A stretch of 64,000 nucleotides of DNA from Alphaproteobacteria bacterium (GTDB lineage: Bacteria > Pseudomonadota > Alphaproteobacteria > UBA8317). Under the pieces are notes generated by a model, which saw only the letters and a list, made by a program, of their open reading frames with translations, made no database searches and was not told where the DNA came from. Numbering within the stretch: position 1 is the first letter of the stretch; each line of letters starts with the position of its first letter. The position numbers and the translations under genes are program-made. Of the stretch, positions 10,380-20,165 are shown in pieces. The stretch spans positions 64,001 through 128,000 of the forward strand of contig JAYPQH010000032.1 in assembly GCA_038131935.1 (NCBI GenBank), read 5' to 3'.

Positions 10380-10840
10380 TATTTTTTGCTATTCTGGGTA
10401 GCACGCCATTGATCAATGAGCTCCTGCTGGCGCGTCACCATACCCTCACAATTCTGGACCTCTCCTGTCCAAAATGTGACCAATTTGTCTATATTGTTAC
10501 GGTCGGAAAAAATCTTTTTCTCATAACCTTTGATCATATCTTCCATCTGTTGATTCACCTGGGCCATCGCTTCAGACGAGCCAAGTCCGGATTCAATAGC
10601 GAGGATTGACGCAGCAACAGCTGATCCACGCGCAAGTTTTACCAACAAGGCTGAAGCATCAACGTCATCCATCGCTTTGTACATATCAGACAAAAAACGA
10701 TAACTTACCGCACAACGCGTAAACGCCTCTTGCTCAGTTATCTCAACCACCGAAGGAACTTCTCGTTGCTGGGCGTTACCTTCACCAGCAATAACACCTT
10801 GCATGGCGACCACCAACAAAATCACTATAGTTCTGAACAC
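10379..10840 (-). CDS. Hypothetical exported helical protein (153 aa)
   Basis: Signal-peptide-like N-terminus, two Cys, GGAG upstream, stop overlaps next start (TAATG). Confidence 0.7.
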   Translation of the reverse strand: MFRTIVILLVVAMQGVIAGEGNAQQREVPSVVEITEQEAFTRCAVSYRFLSDMYKAMDDVDASALLVKLARGSAVAASILAIESGLGSSEAMAQVNQQMEDMIKGYEKKIFSDRNNIDKLVTFWTGEVQNCEGMVTRQQELIDQWRATQNSKK

Positions 10841-10903
10841 GTCATTTCTCCCCCACCAAACGAAATATATCTACACATGATGTAGAAAGTTTGACCACCC
10901 CTT

Positions 10904-12172
10904 TCAGACAGTCGATTTGCGTTTTGGGTCAGATAACATGAGCAGGGTAAAACCAACCATGATAGGCATTAGCGCCAGTAAATTTAGGGCCGCATCAAAA
11001 CCACCCAAGAAATCCTCCGCAATACCAAGAGGTATAGGTCCTACGGAGGCACCAACTACGCCAATTGTTTGCCCGACACCCTGGATAGAGCCAAGATGCT
11101 CTCTTCCAAAGTAACGCGCCCACATAAAGCCAAAAAATGTCATGTTTGCAGCGGTGTTGATACCAAAACAAATAGCGTAGGCAAAACAAATCCATTCACT
11201 GCTCAAGCGACCTACCAAAAAAAGTGATCCAGCGAGTAGAAACATGGAAGCAGAAAAAATAAACCTAGGGTCTGTCTTATCCAGAATACGGCCAATGACA
11301 GGCATCGCAAATACCATGGTTAACGCAGAAACAGAGAACATTGCTGCCGCGAATTCTGCTGATAAGCCTTGCTGCTCAAAGATAGATACTTGATAGAAAA
11401 ACAATGTTGTTACGAGCATGGCAGGGGTAAACAAGCCTGCAGCAATCAACCAGAATGTTTGTGTCTTCATCGCCTCAGATAGCGTAAAACCTGATGATGA
11501 CTTCCCGTTCTTCCCGTCAACGTCAGGGGATATACCATCAGGATAAAGACCAACTTTTTCAGGCTTATCAACCACAAACAGGAAGATTAATGGAATCATA
11601 ACGATCCAGGTCATCACACCCAAGACAAACCAAGCCTCACGCCAGCCTAAAAGATTTATGAGATATTGAGATAAAATAGGGTGAATCGCAATTGAAGCTG
11701 AAAATCCAAGCATCATGATGCTCATTGCGGTTCCCCGCCGTGCAGAAAACCATTGTCCAACAAGCGTACTTGAGGTGAGCATCATGGAGCCTTGCCCAAA
11801 AAAACGTAACCCCATAAAGCCCACAGACAACATGAGAAGATTTACCGTTGCCCCAAAAAAGAAGCAAAAGATGCCCAATATGCCCACAACGCAGATCATT
11901 ACAAATTGGGCCCCAAATCGGTCCACCAACTTCCCCATGTAAGAGAGAAAGAAAGCTGCGAAGAGAGTGGCTAGGGAATAAGCTGTTGCAACTTCAGTTT
12001 TGGTTAAACCCAAATCTGCAGCGATGAGCGGCACAAATACTGAAAACGTATGTGATTGCCCCGGTCCTGAGAAAAACATTGAAAGCGTTGCGATTGCGAG
12101 GATAATCCAACCATAAAATGTAAAACTTGCAGCATTAGATGCCAATTTACTTGGATAACCATTCATGAACAC
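10904..12172 (-). CDS. MFS transporter
   Basis: About 12 TM segments; 'GKLVDRFG' motif A; 'YFGREHLGSIQG'. Confidence 0.9.
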   Translation of the reverse strand: MFMNGYPSKLASNAASFTFYGWIILAIATLSMFFSGPGQSHTFSVFVPLIAADLGLTKTEVATAYSLATLFAAFFLSYMGKLVDRFGAQFVMICVVGILGIFCFFFGATVNLLMLSVGFMGLRFFGQGSMMLTSSTLVGQWFSARRGTAMSIMMLGFSASIAIHPILSQYLINLLGWREAWFVLGVMTWIVMIPLIFLFVVDKPEKVGLYPDGISPDVDGKNGKSSSGFTLSEAMKTQTFWLIAAGLFTPAMLVTTLFFYQVSIFEQQGLSAEFAAAMFSVSALTMVFAMPVIGRILDKTDPRFIFSASMFLLAGSLFLVGRLSSEWICFAYAICFGINTAANMTFFGFMWARYFGREHLGSIQGVGQTIGVVGASVGPIPLGIAEDFLGGFDAALNLLALMPIMVGFTLLMLSDPKRKSTV

Positions 12173-12273
12173 AACCTCTCATCAAACTTTGCTGTGTTCA
12201 TTCTTTCTCAAACCTAGAAAAATGCCAACGGGCAAAATTGCTAGAGAACAGATTGTTGCCATGCAAAAAACGC

Positions 12274-12305
12274 AAAAGGGCTTGACCCTAGGGTCAAACC
12301 CTTTT
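12274..12305 (-). terminator. Intrinsic terminator-like hairpin downstream of the small ORF
   Basis: Minus strand AAAAGGGTTTGACCC-TA-GGGTCAAGCCCTTTT (one G:U pair) followed by GCG-TTTTTT. Confidence 0.7.
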
Positions 12306-12344
12306 CTGATGCCCATGGCCTAGGGCCATGACCAAATAGCGCCC

Positions 12345-12449
12345 TTAAATAATGCTGCTAGCAGCTGCCATGTAACCTGCCATCAACATGAACAAAACGG
12401 TTACAAAACCAAAAGTTTGAATAAGTCCTAACAAATCGTACTTCATCAT
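12345..12449 (-). CDS. Unannotated small membrane protein, 33-34 aa (MMKYDLLGLIQTFGFVTVLFMLMAGYMAAASSII)
   Basis: Manual translation; GGAG 6 nt before the second ATG; hydrophobic; fills a 500-bp gap; followed by two hairpins. Confidence 0.65.
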   Translation of the reverse strand: MMKYDLLGLIQTFGFVTVLFMLMAGYMAAASSII

Positions 12450-12563
12450 ATGCTCCAAATGCACATACGCAGAGATTTAAAGTGCCTAAGATCTGTCTGC
12501 GCCATCAATATCTTCGACAATGGTGATATGATGTTTCTTTACTCATAAAACAACAGAAATTGT

Positions 12564-12590
12564 TGCGACGCACAAATGCATAAAATGCAT
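12564..12590. promoter_or_regulatory. PhaR-box-like motif TGCGACGCACAA abutting the LysR-type dyad ATGCATAAAATGCAT
   Basis: 12564-12575 fits TGCRNYGCASMA (recalled Bradyrhizobium PhaR consensus); 12576-12590 is a dyad containing T-N11-A. Confidence 0.45.
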
Positions 12591-12674
12591 AGCTAAGGAA
12601 GATTATTTATATAAAATTCAAAATTGTGGATAAAATACACCAAAATTATGAAGTTTTTAGGAAATTATGCGCAA

Positions 12675-13343
12675 TTATTGCATATCTTTTACCGAAAAAC
12701 GTTGCATCGCATACAAACCCATTGAAACGGTAGGTCCAACACCAATGGCGAAGATTAACGTGCCCCAACCCACAATACCGCCTAGCGCCATCCCACAAAT
12801 AACAGCTGATAGCTCTATAAAAGATCTCACCAAAGCAATAGGAAGATTGGTCACACGCTGACACCCTGTCATCAAACCATCACGTGGCCCAGCTCCAAGG
12901 TTTCCCACGAGGTAAACACCACTTCCAATACCCACCAACAGCACGCCCAAAACAACTTGCAATAGAACCATCGACAAAGACTCATGAGCAAAAGATACAA
13001 TAGGTGTCATCCACTCAATCATAACCGCGACAACCAAAGCATTTAGAAATGTTCCCCAACCAGGCTTTTGTGCCAATGGTATCCATAATAACAGAACAAG
13101 AATACTTACAATGAAGGTCGCAACACCTACAGAAATTGAACATTGCACCGACAAACCTTGCGCGAGAACAGTCCAAGGACTAACGCCAAAATGCGCACCA
13201 ATCATTAACGCCTCACCTGCACCGAAAATGCAAAGCCCAAGAATGGTAATAATCAGGGTCAATAAGGACGGCCTCAACACATAAGGTGTTGAGGCCGACC
13301 AAAATACTCTAGGAACCTGTCGAACGGTGAATATTTGCCACAT
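12675..13343 (-). CDS. YczE/YitT-like membrane protein
   Basis: 'GVSPWTVLAQGL', 'GAGPRDGLMTG', 'GG.VGWGTL'. Confidence 0.85.
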   Translation of the reverse strand: MWQIFTVRQVPRVFWSASTPYVLRPSLLTLIITILGLCIFGAGEALMIGAHFGVSPWTVLAQGLSVQCSISVGVATFIVSILVLLLWIPLAQKPGWGTFLNALVVAVMIEWMTPIVSFAHESLSMVLLQVVLGVLLVGIGSGVYLVGNLGAGPRDGLMTGCQRVTNLPIALVRSFIELSAVICGMALGGIVGWGTLIFAIGVGPTVSMGLYAMQRFSVKDMQ

Positions 13344-13374
13344 ATGTGGAGTTAACTTTATAAAATGATCACGT

Positions 13375-14121
13375 TTAAACTGTCATACCACCATCGATAG
13401 ACAATGATTGCCCCGTCATGAATTCACTCTCATCACTAGCAAGGTATGCGGCCAGAGAGGCTATTTCGTGAGCTTCGCCCAATCTCCCCATTGGCTGTCT
13501 TGCAATAAAAGCTGCACGGTTTTCTTCATAAGAACCAGGAAGTGCATTGATGCGATCTTCTAATGATGGACTTTGCACCGTTCCAGGGAGAATGGCATTA
13601 CATCTAATCTTGTGCGCAATAAAATCAGCTGCGACAGATTTTGTCAGGCCTTGCACCGCCGCTTTGCTCACACCATAAACAAATCTGTTGGGCAATCCTC
13701 GTGAAACCGATGCGACCGAAGAAATGTTGATCACTGATCCACCTTTTCCATGAGCAAGCATATTGGGTAAAAATGCCTGAATTGTCCGGAACATAGAGCG
13801 GGCATTCAAGTCCATTGCAAAATCCCATTCATCTTCTGTTGCATCCAATACATTCCCATGATGAACAAAGCCCGCAACATTCATCAATGTGGTGACATCG
13901 GGATGCCTAGCTGCGGCTGCGAAGATCTGTTCACGATCGAGAGCATCTAAACTTTCCACCTGAATATTTTCGTGGGACGAAGCCCAAGCTGACAAAACAT
14001 CCGTATTTTTGTCCGTTGCCACAACTTGAGCACCTTCTTGGGCAAACCGTTCTGCACACGCACGTCCAATCCCTTGGCCCGCAGCCGTCACAAATACTTT
14101 TTTTCCTACCAAACGTTTCAT
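13375..14121 (-). CDS. SDR oxidoreductase, 2-keto-3-deoxy-L-fuconate dehydrogenase/BDH2-like
   Basis: 'TAAGQGIG', 'AGFVHHG', 'NRFVYGVSK' (YxxxK), 'PGTVQSPSL', 'FIARQPMGRLG'. Confidence 0.85.
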   Translation of the reverse strand: MKRLVGKKVFVTAAGQGIGRACAERFAQEGAQVVATDKNTDVLSAWASSHENIQVESLDALDREQIFAAAARHPDVTTLMNVAGFVHHGNVLDATEDEWDFAMDLNARSMFRTIQAFLPNMLAHGKGGSVINISSVASVSRGLPNRFVYGVSKAAVQGLTKSVAADFIAHKIRCNAILPGTVQSPSLEDRINALPGSYEENRAAFIARQPMGRLGEAHEIASLAAYLASDESEFMTGQSLSIDGGMTV

Positions 14122-14134
14122 TTACTTCCCCTTT

Positions 14135-15915
14135 TTAATGATTATCTCTAGGTAATTTTTCACCAACACGCTGATAATTTGTTGCAAATTCAAGACAACC
14201 GCCACCAGAAAGTTGCCCACATGGTTACGGAACAGTTCCTGCCAAGGCGTTTGATTTTCAGGATAATGCGGTTTCTTTGTTGCCTTTCGACGCTCCCATT
14301 CTGCTTCATCCACAAGAGCTTCCAAACGTCTGCCAGGAACATCTAGGCGAACACGGTCATTGGTTTCCAAATAAAGCAAGCCTCCTCCAACAGCTGCTTC
14401 AGGTGAAGCATTCAGGATAGACGGGCTTTCTGACGTTCCAGATTGACGACCATCTCCGACGGTCGGCAAATGATTAATGCCCTGTGCAATCAGCGCATCA
14501 GAAGGCTGCATATTTACAACCTCGGCGGCACCAGGATAACCCACTGGCCCTACATTTCGCACAAACAGAATACAGTTTTCATCAATATTAAGCTCCGGAT
14601 CGTTGATACGATCATGATAGTCTTCTGGCCCTTCGAAGACGATCGCCCTAGCTTCAAAAACACCAGGAGCATCCGGATTTGATAAGAATCTGCGCTCAAA
14701 ATCCTCTGAGATCACAGAAACCTTCATTAGAGCATTATCAAACAGATTTCCAGAAAGAACAACAAAACCTGCTTTTTCCCGCATTGGTGTTGAGACCGGA
14801 TAAATGAACTGACCATCTGGCGACCCAATATCCGACAAATTCTCTGCCAAGGTTTTTCCTGTAACTGTCATGACATCACCATGTAATAGCCCTGCATCGA
14901 GAAGAGCCTTCATCACCACCGGAACACCACCTGCACGATGGAACGATTCTCCAAGAAATTTCCCGGCTGGCTGCATGTTCACAAGCAAAGGAACTTCATA
15001 ACCGAAATCTTGCCAATCATCGACACTCATTTGAAGCCCCGCATGACGTGCAATAGCCGTTACATGGGGAGGCGCATTCGTTGATCCACCGATCGCTGTA
15101 TTTACTTTAATGACGTTTTCCAAAGCATGCTGCGTGATAATATCAGACGGTTTTAATCCCTCACGTACCATGTCTACGATCCTTTTACCGGTCTCGTACG
15201 CCATGGCCATACGCTCTCGATATGGCGCTGGTATGGCGGCACAACCAGGCAATGACATTCCCATAGCTTCCGCCAAGGCATTCATGGTGGACGCTGTCCC
15301 CATGGTATTACAGTGACCTAAGGAGGGTGCAGAGGCGCAGACACGACTCATGAATTCTTCATAGTCAATTTTTCCTTCAGCTAACAATCTCCTGCTTTCC
15401 CAAACAACCGTTCCAGATCCCGCTAGCTCTCCGCGCCACCAACCATCAAGCATGGGGCCGCCAGATAATGCAATCGCTGGCAAATCAACGGTAACAGCCC
15501 CCATCAACATAGCTGGTGTTGTTTTGTCACAACCTGTGGTGAGCACCACCCCATCAATGGGGTAGCCATGTAGCACCTCCACCAAGCTCAAATAAGCTAG
15601 GTTACGATCGATGGCAGCAGTTGGCCGCTTTCCAGTCTCCTGGATTGGATGCACGGGAAACTCGATGGGCACACCGCCAGCATCTCTGATGCCAGCACGC
15701 ACGCGTTCTGCCAAAAACATATGTATTTTGTTGCAAGGGGCAAGATCCGACCCTGTTTGTGCCAAACCAATGATAGGACGGCCAGATGTAAGCTCTTCTC
15801 TCGTATATCCATGGTTTTGATAACGCTCCACATACAACGCCGTCATCCCAGGATTATCGGGGTTATTGAACCATTCCTCACTTCGGTATTTTTTTTCTGT
15901 TTTCGGACCAGACAA
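14135..15915 (-). CDS. IlvD/Edd-family sugar-acid dehydratase, D-xylonate dehydratase-like; C-terminal 1-nt indel
   Basis: 'SDLAPCN', 'TTGCDKTTP', 'GHCNTMGTASTMN', 'GDGRQSGT'; adding one G near 14217 restores the family ending 'GQLSGGGCLEFATNYQRVGEKLPRDNH*' (stop 14135). Confidence 0.88.
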
Positions 15916-15927
15916 GACACTTTCCTC

Positions 15928-17091
15928 CTAGGCAATTAGCTTTGTGTAATGGTTCATCAATTCTGCTTTTTCTTCAATACCAATACCTGGTACTTCGGGG
16001 AGACGAACCTTGCCATTTTCTACCGACACCCCGTCTGCAAAGCCATTAAATGGATAGAACACGTCTGGATAACTTTCATTTCCGCCAAGGCCCAATCCTG
16101 CCGCAATATTCAACGCAAATTGATGCCCACCATGGGGTATACAATCACGGAGTGAAAAACCCATATCTCTAATAATTTTCGTTGTCCGCAAATATTCTAC
16201 GAGACCGTAGCTTAAAGCAGGGTCAAACTGGAGCTTATCAAGCCCAGTACGCATACCTCCGTAGCGCAACAAATTTTGAGCATCGAGGGAAGAAAATAAA
16301 TTTTCTCCCGTGGCCATGGCGCCATCATAATGATTTGCCAACTCAGCCTGCAGAGCAAAATCAAGGGGATCACCTACTTCTTCATACCAGCGAAGATTAT
16401 AACCTTTTATGGCATGACCAAATTCAATAGCTTGTTTCAAATCAAACCGACCATTTACATCAACCGCGAGACGCTCACCTGTTCCAACAACCCCCAAAAC
16501 AGCCTCTATCCGCGCCATATCTTCGGAAGTGGGCACAGCTCCCACCTTCATTTTTACCTCATTATAACCGCGATCTAAATAACTTTTCATTTCGTCTCGC
16601 AGCCCATCTAGTCCTTTACCAGGGTAATAATACCCTCCTGCTGCATAGACAGAAACAAATGGGTCAGGTTCAGCATCATTGAAACGTTCAGCAATAACCC
16701 GGAAAAGCGGTTTTTCTTCAATCTTGGCAACAGCATCCCAAATAGCCATATCCAAAACCCCCACGGCAACAGAGCGGTCACCATGCCCACCAGGTTTCTC
16801 GTTGGCCATCATCGCGGCATGTGCTTTAAACGGGTCTATATTTTCACGTTCATCATCTAAGATATTATGGCCTACCTTTTCTAACCTGGGAATAAATCGC
16901 TCTCTCAACAACCCTTGCTGCGCATAGCGCCCATTAGAGTTAAATCCATAACCCACGACAGGTTTTCCATCTCGAATAACATCTGTGACCACAGCAACTA
17001 TACTCGCTGTCATGGACGAAAAATCCACGAATGCATTTGCAATATCACTTCTTATCGGAACAACAGTATCCAAAACCTTTACAATTTTCAT
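15928..17091 (-). CDS. tarD: Enolase superfamily, D-tartrate dehydratase-like
   Basis: Closely resembles Bradyrhizobium TarD as recalled: 'VVGYGFNSNGRY', 'NEKPGGHG.RSVAVG', 'YAAGGYYYPGK', 'WYEEVGDPLD', 'IPHGGHQ', 'GLGGNESYP'. Confidence 0.85.
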   Translation of the reverse strand: MKIVKVLDTVVPIRSDIANAFVDFSSMTASIVAVVTDVIRDGKPVVGYGFNSNGRYAQQGLLRERFIPRLEKVGHNILDDERENIDPFKAHAAMMANEKPGGHGDRSVAVGVLDMAIWDAVAKIEEKPLFRVIAERFNDAEPDPFVSVYAAGGYYYPGKGLDGLRDEMKSYLDRGYNEVKMKVGAVPTSEDMARIEAVLGVVGTGERLAVDVNGRFDLKQAIEFGHAIKGYNLRWYEEVGDPLDFALQAELANHYDGAMATGENLFSSLDAQNLLRYGGMRTGLDKLQFDPALSYGLVEYLRTTKIIRDMGFSLRDCIPHGGHQFALNIAAGLGLGGNESYPDVFYPFNGFADGVSVENGKVRLPEVPGIGIEEKAELMNHYTKLIA

Positions 17092-17124
17092 AGGTAATTT
17101 TTCTCCAATATCTTTTCTTATGGC

Positions 17125-17158
17125 TTGATTTGGTCTTCATTCATGAAGAAGATATCAA
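17125..17158. promoter_or_regulatory. 34-bp imperfect palindrome in the divergent tarD/aldolase spacer (candidate operator)
   Basis: TTGAT-ttgg-TCTTCAT-tc-ATGAAGA-agat-ATCAA; inner and outer arms share one symmetry centre. Confidence 0.45.
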
Positions 17159-17209
17159 CTTCGAAACCAATACAAAATTATGTTTTTTGTGATGACAGGG
17201 AGAACGCAA

Positions 17210-17962
17210 ATGAGCAATAGCTTGCAGCAATGTTGGTCTAATAATGGTAAAGCGCTTAATGGTTGGCTTAGCAGCCCGAGCCCGTTTCATGCCGAAATCA
17301 TGGGTATGCAAAACTTTGAATCAATTACCATAGATCTTCAACATGGATTGGTAGAATATCGTGATGCTGTGTTGATGATGCAAGCCATGTCACACGCCAA
17401 TGCCACAATGATGTGCCGTATACCTTGGTTAGAACCAGGTATTATTATGAAAATGTTAGATGCTGGTGCGATGGGCATTATTTGCCCAATGATCAATACT
17501 GCAGAACAAGCGCACCAGTTTGTTGGCGCCACCCGTTATGCTCCTGATGGATACCGATCTTCTGGCCCTATTCGAGCTGGGCTACTACAAGCTGATTATC
17601 ATACGCAGGCAAACAAAACGATCGCATCTTTGGCAATGATTGAGACGGTTGAAGCCGTGGGCAATGCAGAAGCCATTTGCGCAACGGAGGGATTAACCGG
17701 TATTTATGTCGGCCCTAGTGATTTGGCTATTTCCATGGGCGAAGGACCAGGCTTAGACAGGCCAGAAGGCGTGGTTAAAGACACCATCAAAAATATATTA
17801 AAAATAGCGAAATCTGCTGGCATTAAAGCATGCATTCATTGCGGTAGCCCCGCTTATATTCGAGAAATGTATGAACTAGGTTTTGATCTCTGCACGCTGA
17901 ACACTGACATCCGAATATTTGCCCAAGCAGTTTCCAATCAAATTTCTGAGGTCAAATCATGA
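17210..17962 (+). CDS. HpcH/HpaI class II pyruvate aldolase family
   Basis: 'IDLQHG', 'LDAGAMGIICPM', 'AMIET', 'YVGPSDL'; GGGAG RBS before ATG 17210. Confidence 0.88.
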   Translation: MSNSLQQCWSNNGKALNGWLSSPSPFHAEIMGMQNFESITIDLQHGLVEYRDAVLMMQAMSHANATMMCRIPWLEPGIIMKMLDAGAMGIICPMINTAEQAHQFVGATRYAPDGYRSSGPIRAGLLQADYHTQANKTIASLAMIETVEAVGNAEAICATEGLTGIYVGPSDLAISMGEGPGLDRPEGVVKDTIKNILKIAKSAGIKACIHCGSPAYIREMYELGFDLCTLNTDIRIFAQAVSNQISEVKS

Positions 17963-19086
17963 AGAATGTCCGAGAAGAAAATGGTCAAGTTTTCGTCGCG
18001 GCTGACGCGATGAAAGAGTTGGTCAAAAAAACATTTTTTGGATTGGGTTGCTCAGAAAAAGAGAGCCTTTGTATTGCGGAGAGGCTCACCGGAGCCAATC
18101 TTCGTGGTCATGATAGCCATGGCGTTATTCGCGTTCCTCGTTATGCGCAATGGTTGGGTGATGGAATTCTGGTAGCAAACGTGCAGCCCGATGTTGTACT
18201 TGAAAATGAGGTCTTGGCTATTGTTGATGGAAAGCAAGGGTTTGGACAATCAGTTGGTGAGTATGCTGTGGACGTCGGCATCAGAAAAGCTGGCACACAT
18301 GGCGTTTGTATTGTTGGGCTTAAAAATGCTGGCCATCTTGGCCGCATAGGCGACTGGGCAGAACGTGCAGCAGCAGAGGGACTTGTGTCCATCCATATGG
18401 TTAATGTGCGCGGCAGTCTCATTGTGGCGCCGTTTGGCGGCATTGACCGGCGTGGCAGCACATCTCCATTCTGTGCCGGCATTCCTCTTACCTCAAATGA
18501 GCCTCCCATTATTTTAGACATGGCCACATCAGTCGTCGCTGAAGGCAAGGCTTTGGTCGCCTTCAAAGGTGGAAAACCTCTTCCCAATGATGCCATTGTT
18601 ACAGGTGACGGCACCATTACAGGAGATCCATCGTCTTTATACGGAGACACAGAGCCTGGGCGCTACCCCGATCCTAACAATGGAACAGGAGCTTTACGAG
18701 CATTCGGCGATCACAAAGGTGGTGGGCTTAACTTCTTAATGGAAATGATGGCAGGAGCGTTAACTGGATCAGGGTGCTCTGGAAGCTTGCATGGGCCGCA
18801 GCGCCCTTTTGCAAATGGTATGCTCTCTGTTTATCTAGACCCACAAAAGTTTGGGCATCAAAATGATGGTTTTGTAGCAGAAGTAAAGTCCTATGTAGAG
18901 TTCGTGAAAAGCTCAAGACCAACAACCCCTGGGGGATCTGTACTCATTCCTGGTGAAAAAGAATTGGCTGTTTTGGAAGAAAGAACCCAAACCGGACTCC
19001 CACTCGCCCCTCAAGCATGGCAGGATATATTGGACACGGCACATGCCTCAGGCATGAGTGATACAGATCTTAATCATATTTTATGA
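17959..19086 (+). CDS. Ldh_2 family (malate/L-lactate/ureidoglycolate; HcxB/YbiC-like) dehydrogenase
   Basis: 'GHDSHGV', 'GHLGRIG.WAE', 'LDMATS.VAEGK', 'FGDHKG'. Confidence 0.88.
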   Translation: MKNVREENGQVFVAADAMKELVKKTFFGLGCSEKESLCIAERLTGANLRGHDSHGVIRVPRYAQWLGDGILVANVQPDVVLENEVLAIVDGKQGFGQSVGEYAVDVGIRKAGTHGVCIVGLKNAGHLGRIGDWAERAAAEGLVSIHMVNVRGSLIVAPFGGIDRRGSTSPFCAGIPLTSNEPPIILDMATSVVAEGKALVAFKGGKPLPNDAIVTGDGTITGDPSSLYGDTEPGRYPDPNNGTGALRAFGDHKGGGLNFLMEMMAGALTGSGCSGSLHGPQRPFANGMLSVYLDPQKFGHQNDGFVAEVKSYVEFVKSSRPTTPGGSVLIPGEKELAVLEERTQTGLPLAPQAWQDILDTAHASGMSDTDLNHIL

Positions 19087-19106
19087 TTATGTATTATAAG
19101 GAACGG

Positions 19107-19127
19107 GAGGGCTCAGTCTGAGCCCTC
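19107..19127. terminator. Inverted repeat between convergent genes (possible bidirectional terminator)
   Basis: GAGGGCTCAG-T-CTGAGCCCTC; no strong U-tract. Confidence 0.55.
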
Positions 19128-19132
19128 TAACG

Positions 19133-20145
19133 TTAAAGACGATCTTTTAAATATGCTTCGTTCTGACAATTTCGTACGGTTTTGTTCCGTAAAAACTCTG
19201 CAACCGTTTTTACAGACTTCAGACGCATATCCTCAACACCCTCCGGGGTATAAAATGCGGCGTGGGGTGTCAGCATAAAACGACCCGTCAACCAAGTCTC
19301 TCTTTTGGCAAACGCTTGGATTAATGGATGGTCTGTCTGAGGTGGCTCTGTAGGCCATACATCTAACGCGGCCCCCGCAATCATGTTTTCATGAAGAGCG
19401 TGATACAGTGCATCGACATCGACTGTCGGACCTCTTGAGGTATTCACAAGAACAGCATGCTCTTTCATCCGCGATAGCATGTCAGCGTTCACAATATGGT
19501 GTGTTTGCTCTGTAAAAGGTGTATGAACGCTAATATTGTCAGAATGCTCAAAAAATTCTTCTAAATGTTCAAAGCGCCGAAACCATGTGCGAGATCTGCA
19601 CCATCAGGAAGATGAGGATCATAAAAGCCCACCTCCATGTCGAGTGCTTTTGCTCTTCGTGCTGCAGCCAAACCAATACGGCCCAATCCCAAAACACCAA
19701 ATGATTGCCCACGCAGTCGACGAATGCAAGGATTGGGCACAGCATGCCAGTGATCATGCGCATTTTCACGCATATGAACTTCATATATGGTCAGACCACG
19801 TCTGAGGGCCATCAATAAACTTATGGCATGGTCAGCCACATCTGTGGTCCCATAATCTGGCACGTTACAAACAGGAATACCGCGCGAACCAAACGCTTTT
19901 AAATCAAGACCATCAAAACCAACTCCACCACGAACAATGATTTTAACAGCCTTCATCTTATCCATATTTTGCGTAACAAGACGTGATCCTCTATAGGTCA
20001 CAACCCCATCACACGCAGCCCAGGCAGCATCCGTCACCTCCTCAGTCTTATCAAACTGTAGAACCTCACAATCTGCTCCAAGGAAGTCTTTTTCTAATTT
20101 ATTACTGTCCCAACCATGTTTGTCTGTAATCAAAATTTTAAACAT
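19133..20145 (-). CDS. D-2-hydroxyacid dehydrogenase (CtBP-like), split by a 1-nt indel near 19581
   Basis: 'RGGVGFD', 'NVPDYGT', 'GLGRIG', 'VNTSRG', 'AALDV..EP', 'TPHAAFY'; one extra T gives 'HGFRRFEHLEEFF...SVHTP'. Confidence 0.85.
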
Positions 20146-20165
20146 AAAAACATTCCTTCATAAGC

